64,000 bases of DNA from an uncultured bacterium (GTDB lineage Bacteria > Acidobacteriota > HRBIN11 > JAKEFK01): assembly GCA_963777505.1 (NCBI GenBank), contig CAVZQN010000008.1:224001-288000 (forward strand). The letters run 5' to 3'. Both the position numbers and the translations under genes were made by a program. The notes under the pieces were generated by a model. It was not told where the DNA came from. It was given only the letters and a program-made list of their open reading frames with translations, and did not search any database. Shown piece by piece: positions 52,898 through 62,486 of this stretch. Position 1 is the stretch's first letter, and each line of letters begins with the position of its first letter.

Positions 52898-54828
52898 AGA
52901 TCAGCTACAACTGGATCAAAGAAATTGCCGGCGTAGATGTGAGTCCTGATGTTTTCATCAACAAGCTTACAAATATCGGGCTTAAACTCGAGGATCGAGA
53001 AAATATCGGCAACGATGTTTCTCTAGATCTTGAAATAACTGTAAACAGGCCCGACTGTTTAAGCCACGTTGGAGTTGCACGAGAAGTTGCTGCAGCCTTC
53101 GATCTTCCGGCGATTAAACAGCCGGAGATTCATTCTTCCAAAACAATACATTCATCCGGCACTCAAGGCAGTTATGAAAACAAACTCAAGATCATTTTAG
53201 ATGATTCTGAATTATGCCCGCGTTATTGCGGACAACTTTTAACGAACGTAAAAATTGCACCTTCGCCTGATTGGCTGAAAGAACGTCTTGAAGCTTGCGG
53301 CATACGAAGCATCAATAACGCGGCTGATGTAACAAATTATGTGATGCTTGAACTTGGACAGCCCTTACATGCTTTTGATTTTGACAAACTTGCGAGCGGC
53401 ACAATTCGGGTCCGCCGTGCAAGAAATGAAAAGCTTGTAATGATCGATGGTAAGGAGAGGCTATTAACCGAATCAATGCTTGCCATTGCAGATACAGAAA
53501 AAGCACAAGCAGTTGGCGGAGTTATGGGCGGTCTTGAATCAGAAGTCTCTGAACAAACGAAAAACATTCTGCTTGAAGCTGCATATTTTCTACCTTCGTC
53601 GGTTAGAAAAACTCGCCGCGCTCTCGATCTTTCAACAGACGCTTCCTTCCGTTTTGAACGCGGTGTCGATCCAAACTTACAAGATATTGCAATTAAGCGG
53701 GCTGCGTACCTGCTTGAAAAAATTGCAGGCGCAACAGTTCATCCAGTATTAGATGTAAACGTATTGAATGTCCCAAAAAAGCGAATGACGCTGAGGCCTG
53801 AACGCATCACACGGATTTTAGGTGAAGCAATCGATCCAAAGTTCGTTCAACATATTTTGACCTCCTTAGGATTTATCCCAGGGCCTGACAATAAATGGGA
53901 AGTTCCATCCTTTCGTGTCGATGTGAATCGCGAAATTGACCTGATCGAAGAAGTCGCACGGCATTTTGGCTACAACAACTTTCCCAGCACTTTGCCTTCT
54001 GCTGGAAAAAAATATCAAGATGATTATCCGACGTACAGGTTGGAACAAGCATTTTCGCGCTTTCTTCAGGCTGCAGGAATTAATGAGGGAAATTCATATT
54101 CTTTTGTAAATCCATTATCTCGATTCATGGATAATTCAAAACGGATCCGCATCCTGAACCCGATTTCTGAAACAGCTCAGGAATTGAGATCCAGCTTGAT
54201 TCCAGGTTTACTTGACGCAGTTGATTTGAACTTACGCCATCGAAGCCGGGAAATCCGGCTGTATGAAATTGGCCGTACGTTTCATGTTGATGGTGAAAAG
54301 ACCAGGCTCGGAATTGTAATGATTGGTGAATATCAGGATTTGAAAGGGATTTTGGAAAGCGCTCTGCCAGCATTAGAGTATCCTCGTCCGGCAATTCAGA
54401 ATGGCCAGATCCAGGTCAATAACGTTAATCTCGGAAGCATCACTCAACATGAAATTGAAGGATACACAGTACAGGCCGCCGAATTGTCGTTATCTGATTT
54501 AATCAAGATTCCAAAAATCAAAAAGAAATATCAGCCGATCATTGCATATCCTGATATAGAAAGGGATGTGACCTTCATTATTGATGAGACAGTTTCTTAC
54601 TCAGCGATGCAGAATACAATTGAACGGCTTCAGATTCCGGATCTCCGTTCCTATAAACTGATTGACCGTTACAAAGGTAAAAACACTCCTGCTGGAAAGA
54701 TAAGCTTAACTTTCCGTTTTGTGTTTCAGTCCGAAAACCGGACTCTTCTGTCAGAGGAAGTAGATGCTCTTTATGTTAAAATAGTTTCCGAATTTGCGAA
54801 GGATTTTAGCGCGGAACTCAGAAAATAA
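52894..54828 (+). CDS. pheT: Phenylalanine--tRNA ligase beta subunit (short form)
   Basis: NRPDCLS, GQPLHAFD, FRFERGVD, DLIEEVAR, C-terminal anticodon-binding domain. Confidence 0.95.
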   Translation: MKISYNWIKEIAGVDVSPDVFINKLTNIGLKLEDRENIGNDVSLDLEITVNRPDCLSHVGVAREVAAAFDLPAIKQPEIHSSKTIHSSGTQGSYENKLKIILDDSELCPRYCGQLLTNVKIAPSPDWLKERLEACGIRSINNAADVTNYVMLELGQPLHAFDFDKLASGTIRVRRARNEKLVMIDGKERLLTESMLAIADTEKAQAVGGVMGGLESEVSEQTKNILLEAAYFLPSSVRKTRRALDLSTDASFRFERGVDPNLQDIAIKRAAYLLEKIAGATVHPVLDVNVLNVPKKRMTLRPERITRILGEAIDPKFVQHILTSLGFIPGPDNKWEVPSFRVDVNREIDLIEEVARHFGYNNFPSTLPSAGKKYQDDYPTYRLEQAFSRFLQAAGINEGNSYSFVNPLSRFMDNSKRIRILNPISETAQELRSSLIPGLLDAVDLNLRHRSREIRLYEIGRTFHVDGEKTRLGIVMIGEYQDLKGILESALPALEYPRPAIQNGQIQVNNVNLGSITQHEIEGYTVQAAELSLSDLIKIPKIKKKYQPIIAYPDIERDVTFIIDETVSYSAMQNTIERLQIPDLRSYKLIDRYKGKNTPAGKISLTFRFVFQSENRTLLSEEVDALYVKIVSEFAKDFSAELRK

Positions 54829-54856
54829 TTTGGCCCTTTACCCAACAAGAGGAAGC

Positions 54857-55139
54857 ATGGATTTTCAACAACTGGAAGCTACTCGAAGACAAAATCAAAA
54901 AGCTAATCTCTTCTGTGAAAGTTCTTCAAAGTGAAAATGAAACTTTGAATAAACGAAATGATGAACATGAAAAAACCATACGCCAGTTGAAACAAGATCT
55001 TGATAAATGGTCGAAATCAGCTGAAGCACAGGATTCGCTTCAAGACCAGATCAAATCACTTCAACACGAGCGTGATGAAGTTCGTGGAAAGATTGAACGT
55101 TTAATCTCCAACCTTGAAGATATCGAAACGAAGCTATAA
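54857..55139 (+). CDS. zapB: ZapB-like coiled-coil cell division protein, with an apparent +1 insertion near 54875
   Basis: AGAGG RBS-ATG MDFQQL, then +1 frame KLLEDKIKKLISSVKVLQSEN...ERDEVRGKIERL; synteny pheT-zapB-zapA. Confidence 0.65.
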
Positions 55140-55177
55140 CCGCAGAGCCACAGAGTCAGCTTAGCGTCTTTGTGGTT
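55138..55177. repeat. Inverted pair of the 18-bp dispersed intergenic repeat
   Basis: AACCGCAGAGCCACAGAG-TCAG-CTTAGCGTCTTTGTGGTT. Confidence 0.75.
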
Positions 55178-55295
55178 CAAAACCTCTCTTGTGACTAAGG
55201 CCCCCGGAACGTGGCGTAGTTTTCCCCGAAATAGCGCCTGTATAAAAGACGCCGGATAAAACCGGCGAACAACAGCATTAGATCGGAGGTCGATC

Positions 55296-56009
55296 ATGAG
55301 AATCCTATTCAATTTATCAGTAGCACCCATTTTGGCGAGTGAACTTGTAGCGTCGCCGCAAAGCGCTCCAAAAACTCAGGATAATCCAAGCAACAATTCC
55401 ATCATTAAAGACATTTTCTGGCATCCAAATGGCATCGGACAAAGATCGAGCATTGGAAACCGGATGTTCACGCCCGAGCAGATCCAGAATATGACTCCAG
55501 AACAACTCGAAGATTGGCAAAAGCAGCAAAAGAGAGCCAATGCAGGTATGGAGGCAATGAAGGAAACAGCGAATTCAGTTGGGAATCTCTTACCAACCAG
55601 CGAAGTTGTCACAATCATTCCTCAGATCGTGATCTCCGAAGGAGTAGAAAGAATCGTTGATGCCAATACGAAAGCTCCTGCTCAACCACCGGCACAGGGT
55701 AAGAAGGAAGCTGAGTCTAAAACACCTTCAACAGAATCTGGAAGCGTGGGGGATACTGTTCCTAGAACGCAACCGAATCCGCCTCAGCAGGACAAGAGCG
55801 GATTAAAGTTGAATCCAGATTATAGGGGCAACTTCGATGATCATGGTCCAACCGAAAAACCAAGATTCTGGCCAGAAGGTCCAGTTCAGAAGCCATCAAC
55901 TCCCAAGGATCCAAAGAAGAAAGTTTCCATAAAAATAACGTTATCACCTGATAAAAACCTTCAGCAACAGCAGATTCAATTGAAAGCACGAGGTCTTGTA
56001 TCAAAATGA
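55296..56009 (+). CDS. Hypothetical low-complexity Pro/Gln/Lys-rich protein
   Basis: GGAGGT RBS, 237-aa ORF, no recognised domain. Confidence 0.7.
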   Translation: MRILFNLSVAPILASELVASPQSAPKTQDNPSNNSIIKDIFWHPNGIGQRSSIGNRMFTPEQIQNMTPEQLEDWQKQQKRANAGMEAMKETANSVGNLLPTSEVVTIIPQIVISEGVERIVDANTKAPAQPPAQGKKEAESKTPSTESGSVGDTVPRTQPNPPQQDKSGLKLNPDYRGNFDDHGPTEKPRFWPEGPVQKPSTPKDPKKKVSIKITLSPDKNLQQQQIQLKARGLVSK

Positions 56010-56082
56010 GAAAACGACTCTGCGCCTTCGTGGTAAAAGTTTAACTTTGACGCAGGGTGAAAAGTGATAAAATTAACTTGAG

Positions 56083-56364
56083 ATGGAAACAAATACAAAG
56101 GTTCAGGTTGAAATTTACGGCCAGCCCTATTTCATTAAAGCTGGGGCTGATCCTGATTACATAAAGAATGTCGCTCAGTATGTTGATTTGAAAATGCGCG
56201 AAATCGCCTCTTCCCTCACAACTGTGGATTCTTTAAAGATTGCTGTTTTAGCCGCACTTAATATTACAGATGAGTTTTTACAACTCAAAAAGCAAAACCA
56301 GGATGTGGACCGGGAATTTGAGCGACGCACGGAAGAAATGAAACGAATTTTGGATTCGATATAG
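56083..56364 (+). CDS. zapA: Cell division protein ZapA
   Basis: VEIYGQPY, VAQYVDLKM, AVLAALNI. Confidence 0.92.
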   Translation: METNTKVQVEIYGQPYFIKAGADPDYIKNVAQYVDLKMREIASSLTTVDSLKIAVLAALNITDEFLQLKKQNQDVDREFERRTEEMKRILDSI

Positions 56365-56419
56365 GCCCGGAATAGGCGAATGCCTATCCGGTTTGGAAAA
56401 AAAAGTTATGTTCCCAAAG

Positions 56420-56598
56420 AGCTCCCCTGCTAAGTTCGTGTTGGTAACGGGATTCTTGAACCAACATATCAAGAATCGGGAGCCTGTGTCAGATTACGGT
56501 GAGCATGCCTCTGCGTTGAGGAAGCCTGAAGTAATCGCTGGGCACCCACCTGACTTGTTCAGGTTCAATAACCTGCCGCACGGCAGTGCGGGGGAGCT
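56420..56598 (+). ncRNA. ssrS: 6S RNA
   Basis: AGCTCCCCTGC...GCGGGGGAGCT closing stem, TTGAACC/GGTTCAA inner helix, about 180 nt, located between zapA and rny. Confidence 0.88.
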
Positions 56599-56706
56599 TA
56601 TATTCCAGCCTCGATCTACCCACCACAGCCTTTGACAACGGGGCAGTAACATGGGACCGAGGATTCTCTCGGCTCGTGCCTCCTCAACCGAAAAAGGAGG
56701 TGACGA

Positions 56707-58269
56707 GTGGCATATGCGATTCACGCCGCCATTCTAATCACTACAGGGTCCGTTTTACTTCTAGTCTGGTTCCTGATTAGAAAAAAAACGATTCATGGAA
56801 TGATTTCTCAGGCTGAACTTCATGCGAAACAATTGGCCGAAGATTCAGCAAGATATGCTGAAACAATTCAACGCGAAGCAAACCTGGAGGCAAAAGATAA
56901 ATTTTATTCGCTAAAAAATGATCTTGAGAAACAGTTTCAGAGTAAGAAACAAGAATTACAAACACTGGAACGCCGTCTTCATCAGAAGGAAGAAAATTTA
57001 GAAAGAAAGGTTCTTTTCATGGAAACAAAAGAACGGGACCTGACAACGAAAGAACACAATCTAGAAACGCGCGAGAAAGAATTGCACGATGCGCATAAGC
57101 GGATTGATCATGTGATTGTTGAACACAAGCGAAGTATGGAACGAATTGCAGGTCTGTCAACAGAAGATGCACGGCGCATGCTTCTAAAGAGTATTGAAGG
57201 AGAAGCGAGACAAGAAGCCGCCACATTAGTCCGCAAATTAGAAGAAGAAGCAAAAGAGCGAAGCAAGGAATTTGCGCGTGACGTCATCGTACAGGCGATT
57301 CAAAGAACTGCTGCAGAAAATGTAATTGAGACTTGCGTATCGGTTGTTCCTTTGCCAAGTGATGATTTGAAGGGACGCATCATTGGAAGAGAAGGACGGA
57401 ATATTCGTGCGCTTGAAATGGCTACAGGGGTCGATTTAATCGTAGATGATACTCCTGAAGCAATTCTTTTATCTGCTTTTGATGGATTTCGCCGCGAAGT
57501 TGCAAAAGTCTCAATACAAAGATTAATTTCAGATGGACGCATCCATCCGGCGCGCATTGAAGAAGTTGTTGATAAAACCCGTCAGGATCTTGAATTACAA
57601 GTTTTGCGCGATGGTCAAGACGCAGCAACCGAATTGGAAATTCATGATATTCATCCGGAGATTTTGAAACTTCTTGGACGTTTGAGATATCGCACAAGCT
57701 ATGGACAAAATTGTTTAAATCATTCCAAAGAAGTCGCATTGTTGTGCGCCTTGATGGCTTCTGAAATCGGCGCAAAACAGGAAGTCGCCAAACGCGCAGG
57801 CCTTTTGCATGACATCGGGAAAGCTGTCGATAAAGAAGCTGGAGGCACCCATCTTGAATGGAGCATTGAATATGCCAAACGCTACAATGAAACTCCCGAA
57901 GTTGTGCACGCAATCGCCTGCCATCATATGGATATCCCGTTTGAAACACCTGAAGCATTCCTTGTCCAGGCAGGCGACACGATTTCTGCAGCAAGGCCAG
58001 GTGCTCGACGAGAAATATTAGAAAGTTATATACAACGACTGGAAAAACTCGAAAAAATTGCCGACTCTTTTCAAGGAGTCCAAAAAGCATATGCTTTGCA
58101 GGCCGGCCGTGAAATTCGCATTCTTGTAGATTCAGCACGAATCGGAGATCGCGAAGCGATCTGGCTTTCAAAAGATATAGCAAAAAAAATCGAATCTGAA
58201 TTGCAATATCCCGGTCAAATCAAAGTGACTGTAATCCGTGAAATGCGCGCGGTCGACTACGCTAAATGA
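56707..58269 (+). CDS. rny: Ribonuclease Y
   Basis: N-terminal TM helix, coiled coil, KH motif GRIIGREGRNI, HD motif LLHDIGK. Confidence 0.96.
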   Translation: MAYAIHAAILITTGSVLLLVWFLIRKKTIHGMISQAELHAKQLAEDSARYAETIQREANLEAKDKFYSLKNDLEKQFQSKKQELQTLERRLHQKEENLERKVLFMETKERDLTTKEHNLETREKELHDAHKRIDHVIVEHKRSMERIAGLSTEDARRMLLKSIEGEARQEAATLVRKLEEEAKERSKEFARDVIVQAIQRTAAENVIETCVSVVPLPSDDLKGRIIGREGRNIRALEMATGVDLIVDDTPEAILLSAFDGFRREVAKVSIQRLISDGRIHPARIEEVVDKTRQDLELQVLRDGQDAATELEIHDIHPEILKLLGRLRYRTSYGQNCLNHSKEVALLCALMASEIGAKQEVAKRAGLLHDIGKAVDKEAGGTHLEWSIEYAKRYNETPEVVHAIACHHMDIPFETPEAFLVQAGDTISAARPGARREILESYIQRLEKLEKIADSFQGVQKAYALQAGREIRILVDSARIGDREAIWLSKDIAKKIESELQYPGQIKVTVIREMRAVDYAK

Positions 58270-58312
58270 GATCTTTGTGCCTTTGCGGTGAAAAAAACAA
58301 AAGGAGCAATTT

Positions 58313-59101
58313 TTGAACGTATTGATGATTGGAGACATTGTCTCCAAGCCTGGAAGAAAAGTTATAGAAATGAATCTTCCATCTTTAATAGAAAAATATG
58401 ATTTAGATTTCGTGGTCGCGAATGCGGAAAATGTCGCACATGGCTTTGGTGTGACGCCCGATACAGCGGACGAATTGTTACGAATGGGGATTGATGTTCT
58501 TACTTCCGGAAATCATATCTGGGACAAAAAAGAGATTATCGAATATATGAAAGGAGATAGCCGCCTTCTCAGGCCTGCGAATTATTCCAAATCCGTTCCT
58601 GGAAAAGGACATATCATTGCTTTAAGTCGAAGAGGTTTGAAAGTCGGAGTGATCAATCTTCAGGGTAGAGTTTTTATGGGACCTTCCGAAGATCCATTCG
58701 CAATCGGACTGGAACTTGTAAATCAACTCCGCAGAGAAACTCCCATCATACTTGTTGATATGCATGGAGAAGCATCTTCTGAAAAGCAAGCCATGGGATG
58801 GTTTCTTGATGGCAAAGTGTCCGCAGTTTGCGGAAGTCATACGCACGTCCCTACTGCCGATCAAAGGGTTCTCCCTGGTGGAACGGCATATGTAACTGAT
58901 GTCGGGATGACAGGACCCTATGATTCGGTCATTGGAGTCGACAAAGAACAAATCATTCAGAAATTTTTAGATCAAATGCCAACCCGCTTTGAACCCGCAA
59001 AAGAGAACCCAATTTTGCAATCAATGTTGATTCAAATCGATGAACAAAATGGGATGTCACAAACGATACAACGGGTCACTGTACACGGAGAAGAAGATTA
59101 A
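58313..59101 (+). CDS. YmdB-family metallophosphoesterase
   Basis: GDIV, NAEN, SGNH, DMHGEASSEK, GSHTHV. Confidence 0.93.
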   Translation: MNVLMIGDIVSKPGRKVIEMNLPSLIEKYDLDFVVANAENVAHGFGVTPDTADELLRMGIDVLTSGNHIWDKKEIIEYMKGDSRLLRPANYSKSVPGKGHIIALSRRGLKVGVINLQGRVFMGPSEDPFAIGLELVNQLRRETPIILVDMHGEASSEKQAMGWFLDGKVSAVCGSHTHVPTADQRVLPGGTAYVTDVGMTGPYDSVIGVDKEQIIQKFLDQMPTRFEPAKENPILQSMLIQIDEQNGMSQTIQRVTVHGEED

Positions 59102-60537
59102 TGCAGCAACGTTCTCTATTTGGTGGACCAGGCCGCACGCCTTCTAAACCAAAAGAAAATACCCAACCAACACTTGATGCTGCACCAACAACAAGCGCAT
59201 ATCCAGACAAAAAAGTCTATACGGTTTCAGAACTGAATACAGAATTGCGTTTCCTGGTTGAAAGTACTTTTCCAATGATATGGGTTGAAGGTGAGATCTC
59301 GAACTTCAAACCGGCCAGTTCAGGACATTGGTATTTTTCTTTAAAAGATAATTCATCACAGCTCCGTGTTGTCATGTGGGCATCTTCGCATCGTTTTATG
59401 AAATGGAAACCAAAAGATGGAATGAAGGTTTTGGTACACGGACGGCTCACTGTTTTTGAACCTCGCGGAGAATATCAAATTGATATCGTTCAGATTGTGC
59501 CACATGGCAAAGGGGATCTTTTTGCAGCGTTCGAACAATTGAAGGAAAAGTTGCAGAAGGAAGGCCTGTTTGATCCGAAAAGAAAACGGCCCATTCCCAT
59601 GCTTCCTAAGAAAATCGGTATCGTTACTTCGCGACAAGGCGCTGTGATCCGCGATATTTTGAACGTATTGAATCGCAGATATGCAAATTTGCATGTGCTT
59701 TTATATCCTGCAAAAGTTCAAGGTGAAGAGGCAGCTCCGATGATTGTTGAAGGCATCCGGGCTTTGAATGGATTTCGCGATATCGATGTGTTGATTGTTG
59801 CAAGAGGAGGCGGTTCGCTGGAAGACTTATGGCCGTTTAATGAAGAAATTGTTGCTCGCGCGATCGTTGCCTCAAAGATCCCTGTCATTTCTGCAGTCGG
59901 TCATGAAACCGATACCACGATTTCGGATTTTGTTGCGGATTTACGCGCTCCAACACCGTCTGCTGCTGCAGAACTTGTAGTGTCAAAGAAAGAAGAACTG
60001 GCAGAACGACTCATGAATTGCTCCAAACATATTTTGAGCAGCGCACAGCATAGGATTTTGTCGATGAAGCATCGGACACAAACTTTGGCTCAACACCGCG
60101 CACTTGCAGGTTTGCCGCACAGAGTCCATACATTTCAACAGCGCGTTGATGATTTTGATCATCGTGTTCGAACAGGCTTAACTCGATATAACCAAATTGT
60201 TACACGGCGTTACCTGATGGCTGGACAAAAACTTAGTGCCAGCCAGTTACGACATTTGATTGAAGTAAAACGTTCAAAGCTCAATAAAATGTTAGGCGAT
60301 ATGAAAAATGTTTTTGAAAAAAGAAATAATTTGCGAAAGAATGTTTTATCGCGAGGCGCTGGAAAACTCGATTCACTCAGTCCGCTTGCTGTTCTGGAGC
60401 GAGGTTATAGCATTGCATGTTTGGAAGAGGGTGAAATCTTAAAATACAGTTCCCAAACCGCACCTGGAGAAAATATCCGTATCCGGCTGCATCGCGGCCG
60501 TTTGAAATGCCAGGTCACGGAGGTTGAAAATGAATGA
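59101..60537 (+). CDS. xseA: Exodeoxyribonuclease VII large subunit
   Basis: GEISN, SGHWYFSLKD, RGGGSLEDL, GHETD, PTPSAAAE. Confidence 0.96.
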   Translation: MQQRSLFGGPGRTPSKPKENTQPTLDAAPTTSAYPDKKVYTVSELNTELRFLVESTFPMIWVEGEISNFKPASSGHWYFSLKDNSSQLRVVMWASSHRFMKWKPKDGMKVLVHGRLTVFEPRGEYQIDIVQIVPHGKGDLFAAFEQLKEKLQKEGLFDPKRKRPIPMLPKKIGIVTSRQGAVIRDILNVLNRRYANLHVLLYPAKVQGEEAAPMIVEGIRALNGFRDIDVLIVARGGGSLEDLWPFNEEIVARAIVASKIPVISAVGHETDTTISDFVADLRAPTPSAAAELVVSKKEELAERLMNCSKHILSSAQHRILSMKHRTQTLAQHRALAGLPHRVHTFQQRVDDFDHRVRTGLTRYNQIVTRRYLMAGQKLSASQLRHLIEVKRSKLNKMLGDMKNVFEKRNNLRKNVLSRGAGKLDSLSPLAVLERGYSIACLEEGEILKYSSQTAPGENIRIRLHRGRLKCQVTEVENE

Positions 60538-60778
60538 AAAACAAGAACAGGATCCCGTTTCATTTGAAGCAGCGTTAAAAGAGTTGGAAGGAATTGTAAA
60601 ACAATTGGAAACAGGAGAAGCAAAATTGGAGGAATCCCTGCAGTTATTTGAGCGAGGGATCCGTCTTTCGCGCTTTTGTTCTCAAAAGTTAGAAGAAGCA
60701 GAAAAGAAAATTGAAATGCTTGTGAAGGATTCGCGCGGCGAATATACAGCTGTTCCCTTTGAACCTGAGGACCGATGA
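60530..60778 (+). CDS. xseB: Exodeoxyribonuclease VII small subunit
   Basis: FEAALKELEGIV, LEESLQLFERG. Confidence 0.93.
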   Translation: MNEKQEQDPVSFEAALKELEGIVKQLETGEAKLEESLQLFERGIRLSRFCSQKLEEAEKKIEMLVKDSRGEYTAVPFEPEDR

Positions 60779-60834
60779 TCCACAATCCCGCATCCCGCAT
60801 CTCGCATCCCGTAACCCGCATCGCGCATCGCTAA
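60779..60834. repeat. Heptamer tandem array (TCCCGCA)n
   Basis: TCCACAA TCCCGCA TCCCGCA TCTCGCA TCCCGTA ACCCGCA TCGCGCA TCGCTAA fills the xseB-ispA spacer. Confidence 0.85.
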
Positions 60835-60835
60835 C

Positions 60836-61708
60836 ATGCTTCCGCCGCGGTTCGCAGAATTTCAGGAAATGATCAATGTGGAACTCGACCGCAGAGTTCC
60901 ATCTGAAAACAGTCCGCCAGATCCGATCCATCGTTCAATTCGATACAGCCTCCTTGCGGGAGGAAAAAGGCTTCGTCCGATTTTATGTTTGGCTAGCGCC
61001 GAATCTCTTGGAGGCAAACCAGAAATATTTTTACCGGCAGCAGTAGCAGTCGAAATGGTTCATACATATTCGCTTGTGCATGATGATTTACCTTGCATGG
61101 ATGATGACGATTTCCGCCGCGGAAAGCCAACCAACCACAAAGTTTTTGGTGAAGCGATTGCTGTCCTTACAGGTGACGCCCTTCTAACGATGTCAATGGA
61201 AGTACTCGCAGGCTCAGAGTACGAAGGTTCGGTGCGAAGCCGGCTGATCCAGTCGCTTGCTGAAGCAGCAGGAACGAATGGAATGATTGGTGGACAGGTC
61301 ATTGACATGTTGAATTCGTCGGGAAATTTAACGGAGAAAGAATTAAGAAATCTACATTTGATGAAAACTGCCGCACTCATTCGATTTGCTACGACCGCGG
61401 CCCCAATCATTTTGCAATCTCCAGAAGAAGTTCACGATGCTTTTGCCTCATACGGAACATTCATCGGTCTGGCTTTTCAAATTCGCGACGATATTCTTGA
61501 CATAGAAGGAACTACTGAAATACTTGGCAAAACGGCAGGCAAAGACCGCAAACATGATAAAGTCACCTATCCGTCGCTCATTGGAATAGAAAATAGTCAC
61601 ACGCTCGCTCAAAATCTCGTTGATAGCGCGTGTGCCGCAATTTCAAAACATGATCCACATCACTACTTACAGTCTCTCGCCCGCCACATCCTGGAAAGAG
61701 AAAAATAA
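60836..61708 (+). CDS. ispA: Farnesyl/geranylgeranyl diphosphate synthase
   Basis: GGKRLRP, HDDLPCMDDDDFRRG, FQIRDDILD. Confidence 0.92.
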   Translation: MLPPRFAEFQEMINVELDRRVPSENSPPDPIHRSIRYSLLAGGKRLRPILCLASAESLGGKPEIFLPAAVAVEMVHTYSLVHDDLPCMDDDDFRRGKPTNHKVFGEAIAVLTGDALLTMSMEVLAGSEYEGSVRSRLIQSLAEAAGTNGMIGGQVIDMLNSSGNLTEKELRNLHLMKTAALIRFATTAAPIILQSPEEVHDAFASYGTFIGLAFQIRDDILDIEGTTEILGKTAGKDRKHDKVTYPSLIGIENSHTLAQNLVDSACAAISKHDPHHYLQSLARHILEREK

Positions 61709-61712
61709 TTGA

Positions 61713-62486
61713 ATGGCAAAGGTTCGTATTGATCAGTTACTCGTCAAGCGCGGATTAGTTGAGAGCCGGGAAACGGCTCAACGATTAATTCTTGCCAGGA
61801 AGATTCTTGTCAATGGCTTACCTCCCGACAAAGCGAGTCAGCAATATTCTGAGGATGTTGAATTAAAACTGATTGAAGGGATGAAGTTTGTCAGCCGTGG
61901 CGGCTTAAAATTAGAAGCAGCTCTCGATCGATTTAGAATTGATGTTACAAATATAATTACAGCCGATATTGGATCTTCAACAGGTGGATTTACGGATTGC
62001 CTGCTCCAACGAGGCGCAAAACGAGTGTATGCAGTCGATGTAGGTTACGGACAGCTTTCCTGGAAGCTGCGTGAAGATCCAAGAGTGACCATTATGGAAC
62101 GCAAAAATGCGAGATACCTAACCTCCGAAAACTTTCCTGAATCAATTCAACTTGCTGTAGTCGATGTGTCTTTTATCGGCGCTGCGAAAATTTTAGAACC
62201 GCTAGCCTCTATTACTTCGGAAACTGTTTTGCTTCTAAAACCTCAGTTCGAAGCAGGGCCTCAGGATGTTCCTCGCGGTGGAGTCATTAAAGATCCTTCT
62301 ATTCATCGAAAAGTGCTGCAAGATTTCTCTAAAGAGTTACGTCATTGGACAATCACAGGCCTGATGGAATCCCCTATTTCAGGAACAAGTGGAAATCGCG
62401 AGTTTCTTGTACACTTAAAGAGATCTCCATCAGTTGGACTTAATAATGAAGAATTGCAGAAACAAATTCAGGAGCTGACAGAGTGA
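61713..62486 (+). CDS. tlyA: TlyA-family rRNA 2'-O-methyltransferase
   Basis: S4 domain, VSRGGLKL, DIGSSTGGFTD, KPQFE, GNREF. Confidence 0.93.
   Translation: MAKVRIDQLLVKRGLVESRETAQRLILARKILVNGLPPDKASQQYSEDVELKLIEGMKFVSRGGLKLEAALDRFRIDVTNIITADIGSSTGGFTDCLLQRGAKRVYAVDVGYGQLSWKLREDPRVTIMERKNARYLTSENFPESIQLAVVDVSFIGAAKILEPLASITSETVLLLKPQFEAGPQDVPRGGVIKDPSIHRKVLQDFSKELRHWTITGLMESPISGTSGNREFLVHLKRSPSVGLNNEELQKQIQELTE

Noticed and set aside
56393-56635. 80-aa ORF between zapA and rny
   Set aside because: It overlaps the 6S RNA structure
57422-58183. 253-aa antisense ORF, and the many other short shadow ORFs in the track
   Set aside because: They lie within well-supported genes on the opposite strand or in another frame and show no recognisable motifs
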